A DNA stretch of 35,149 nucleotides from an uncultured Nitrospiraceae bacterium (GTDB lineage Bacteria > Nitrospirota > Thermodesulfovibrionia > Thermodesulfovibrionales > SM23-35), in contig CAZKLK010000003.1 in the NCBI GenBank assembly GCA_964553535.1, positions 1 through 35,149 of the forward strand, written 5' to 3'. The position numbers and the translations under genes are program-made. The notes below the pieces were generated by a model. The model searched no databases, was not told the DNA's origin, and saw nothing but the letters and a program-made list of their open reading frames with translations. Of this stretch, positions 35,000-35,149 are shown piece by piece. The stretch's first letter is position 1. Every line of letters begins with the position of its first letter.

Positions 35000-35031
35000 A
35001 CCTGTGCCAAGAGCACAGGGTGTTATTTTTT
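35000..35031 (+). terminator. Rho-independent terminator candidate for the che operon
   Basis: CCTGTGC-CAAGA-GCACAGG stem-loop, followed 6 nt later by TTTTTT(C)T. Confidence 0.6.
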
Positions 35032-35149
35032 CTATAAAATTATTTCTTTTGAATCTTAATCAATAATAATTCTTCAGGTCAACTGCATACGCAAGCTAAA
35101 TTTTACTGCCTCGACACCCGAATGCCGGCGCGCGATTAAATAACCATGG

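Noticed and set aside
34958-35031. Considered whether the GC-rich hairpins after cheB are a tRNA, a tmRNA fragment or CRISPR repeats.
   Set aside because: There is no cloverleaf geometry and no T-loop GTTCRANYC. There are only two related arms with no regular repeat-spacer periodicity. I kept them as generic hairpins and a terminator.
1-35149. Searched for transposase or integrase genes, terminal inverted repeats, tRNA-adjacent islands, toxin-antitoxin pairs and defence-system signatures.
   Set aside because: None were found. Apart from the AT-rich spacer at 743-897, composition and strand bias are uniform, and every ORF with motif support belongs to translation-GTPase, regulatory, flagellar or chemotaxis functions.

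Overview
All credible genes in this 35.1 kb window lie on the + strand, and together they form one flagellum and chemotaxis super-locus. In order, the window contains: (1) the 3' part of an Obg/DRG-type GTPase; (2) a very AT-rich spacer, then a 68-aa XRE-type HTH gene and a sigma54 enhancer-binding protein (EBP) that has no receiver domain; (3) a secreted ~600-aa TPR protein, translationally coupled to a soluble PAS histidine kinase and an NtrC-type sigma54 response regulator (an FlrBC/FlgSR-like pair); (4) flgB-flgC-fliE-fliF-fliG-fliH-fliI-fliJ, a MotE/YlxF-like gene, then fliK-flgD-flgE, followed by an intrinsic terminator; (5) fliL-fliM-fliN-fliO-fliP-fliQ-fliR-flhB-flhA-flhF-flhG-fliA; (6) a che operon consisting of a ~640-aa HEAT-repeat protein, cheR, two cheY-like genes, a cheA that lacks P2, a CheW-CheZ fusion and cheB; (7) three consecutive hairpins in the 3' tail. 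No rRNA, tRNA, CRISPR array or mobile element was seen. Four of the larger intergenic gaps each carry a match to a sigma54 -24/-12 element with local form WGGYAT-N5-TTGH. A near-consensus sigma28 promoter overlaps the fliA stop codon. On this reading, a sigma70 -> sigma54 (two EBP tiers) -> sigma28 cascade can be read directly from the DNA. The least conventional items are the CheW-CheZ fusion, the HEAT-repeat protein that heads the che operon, the secreted TPR protein coupled to the flagellar two-component pair, and promoter geometry that places predicted transcription starts almost on the start codons. All protein calls come from reading motifs by eye in the supplied translations. No database search was run, so novelty cannot be established here.
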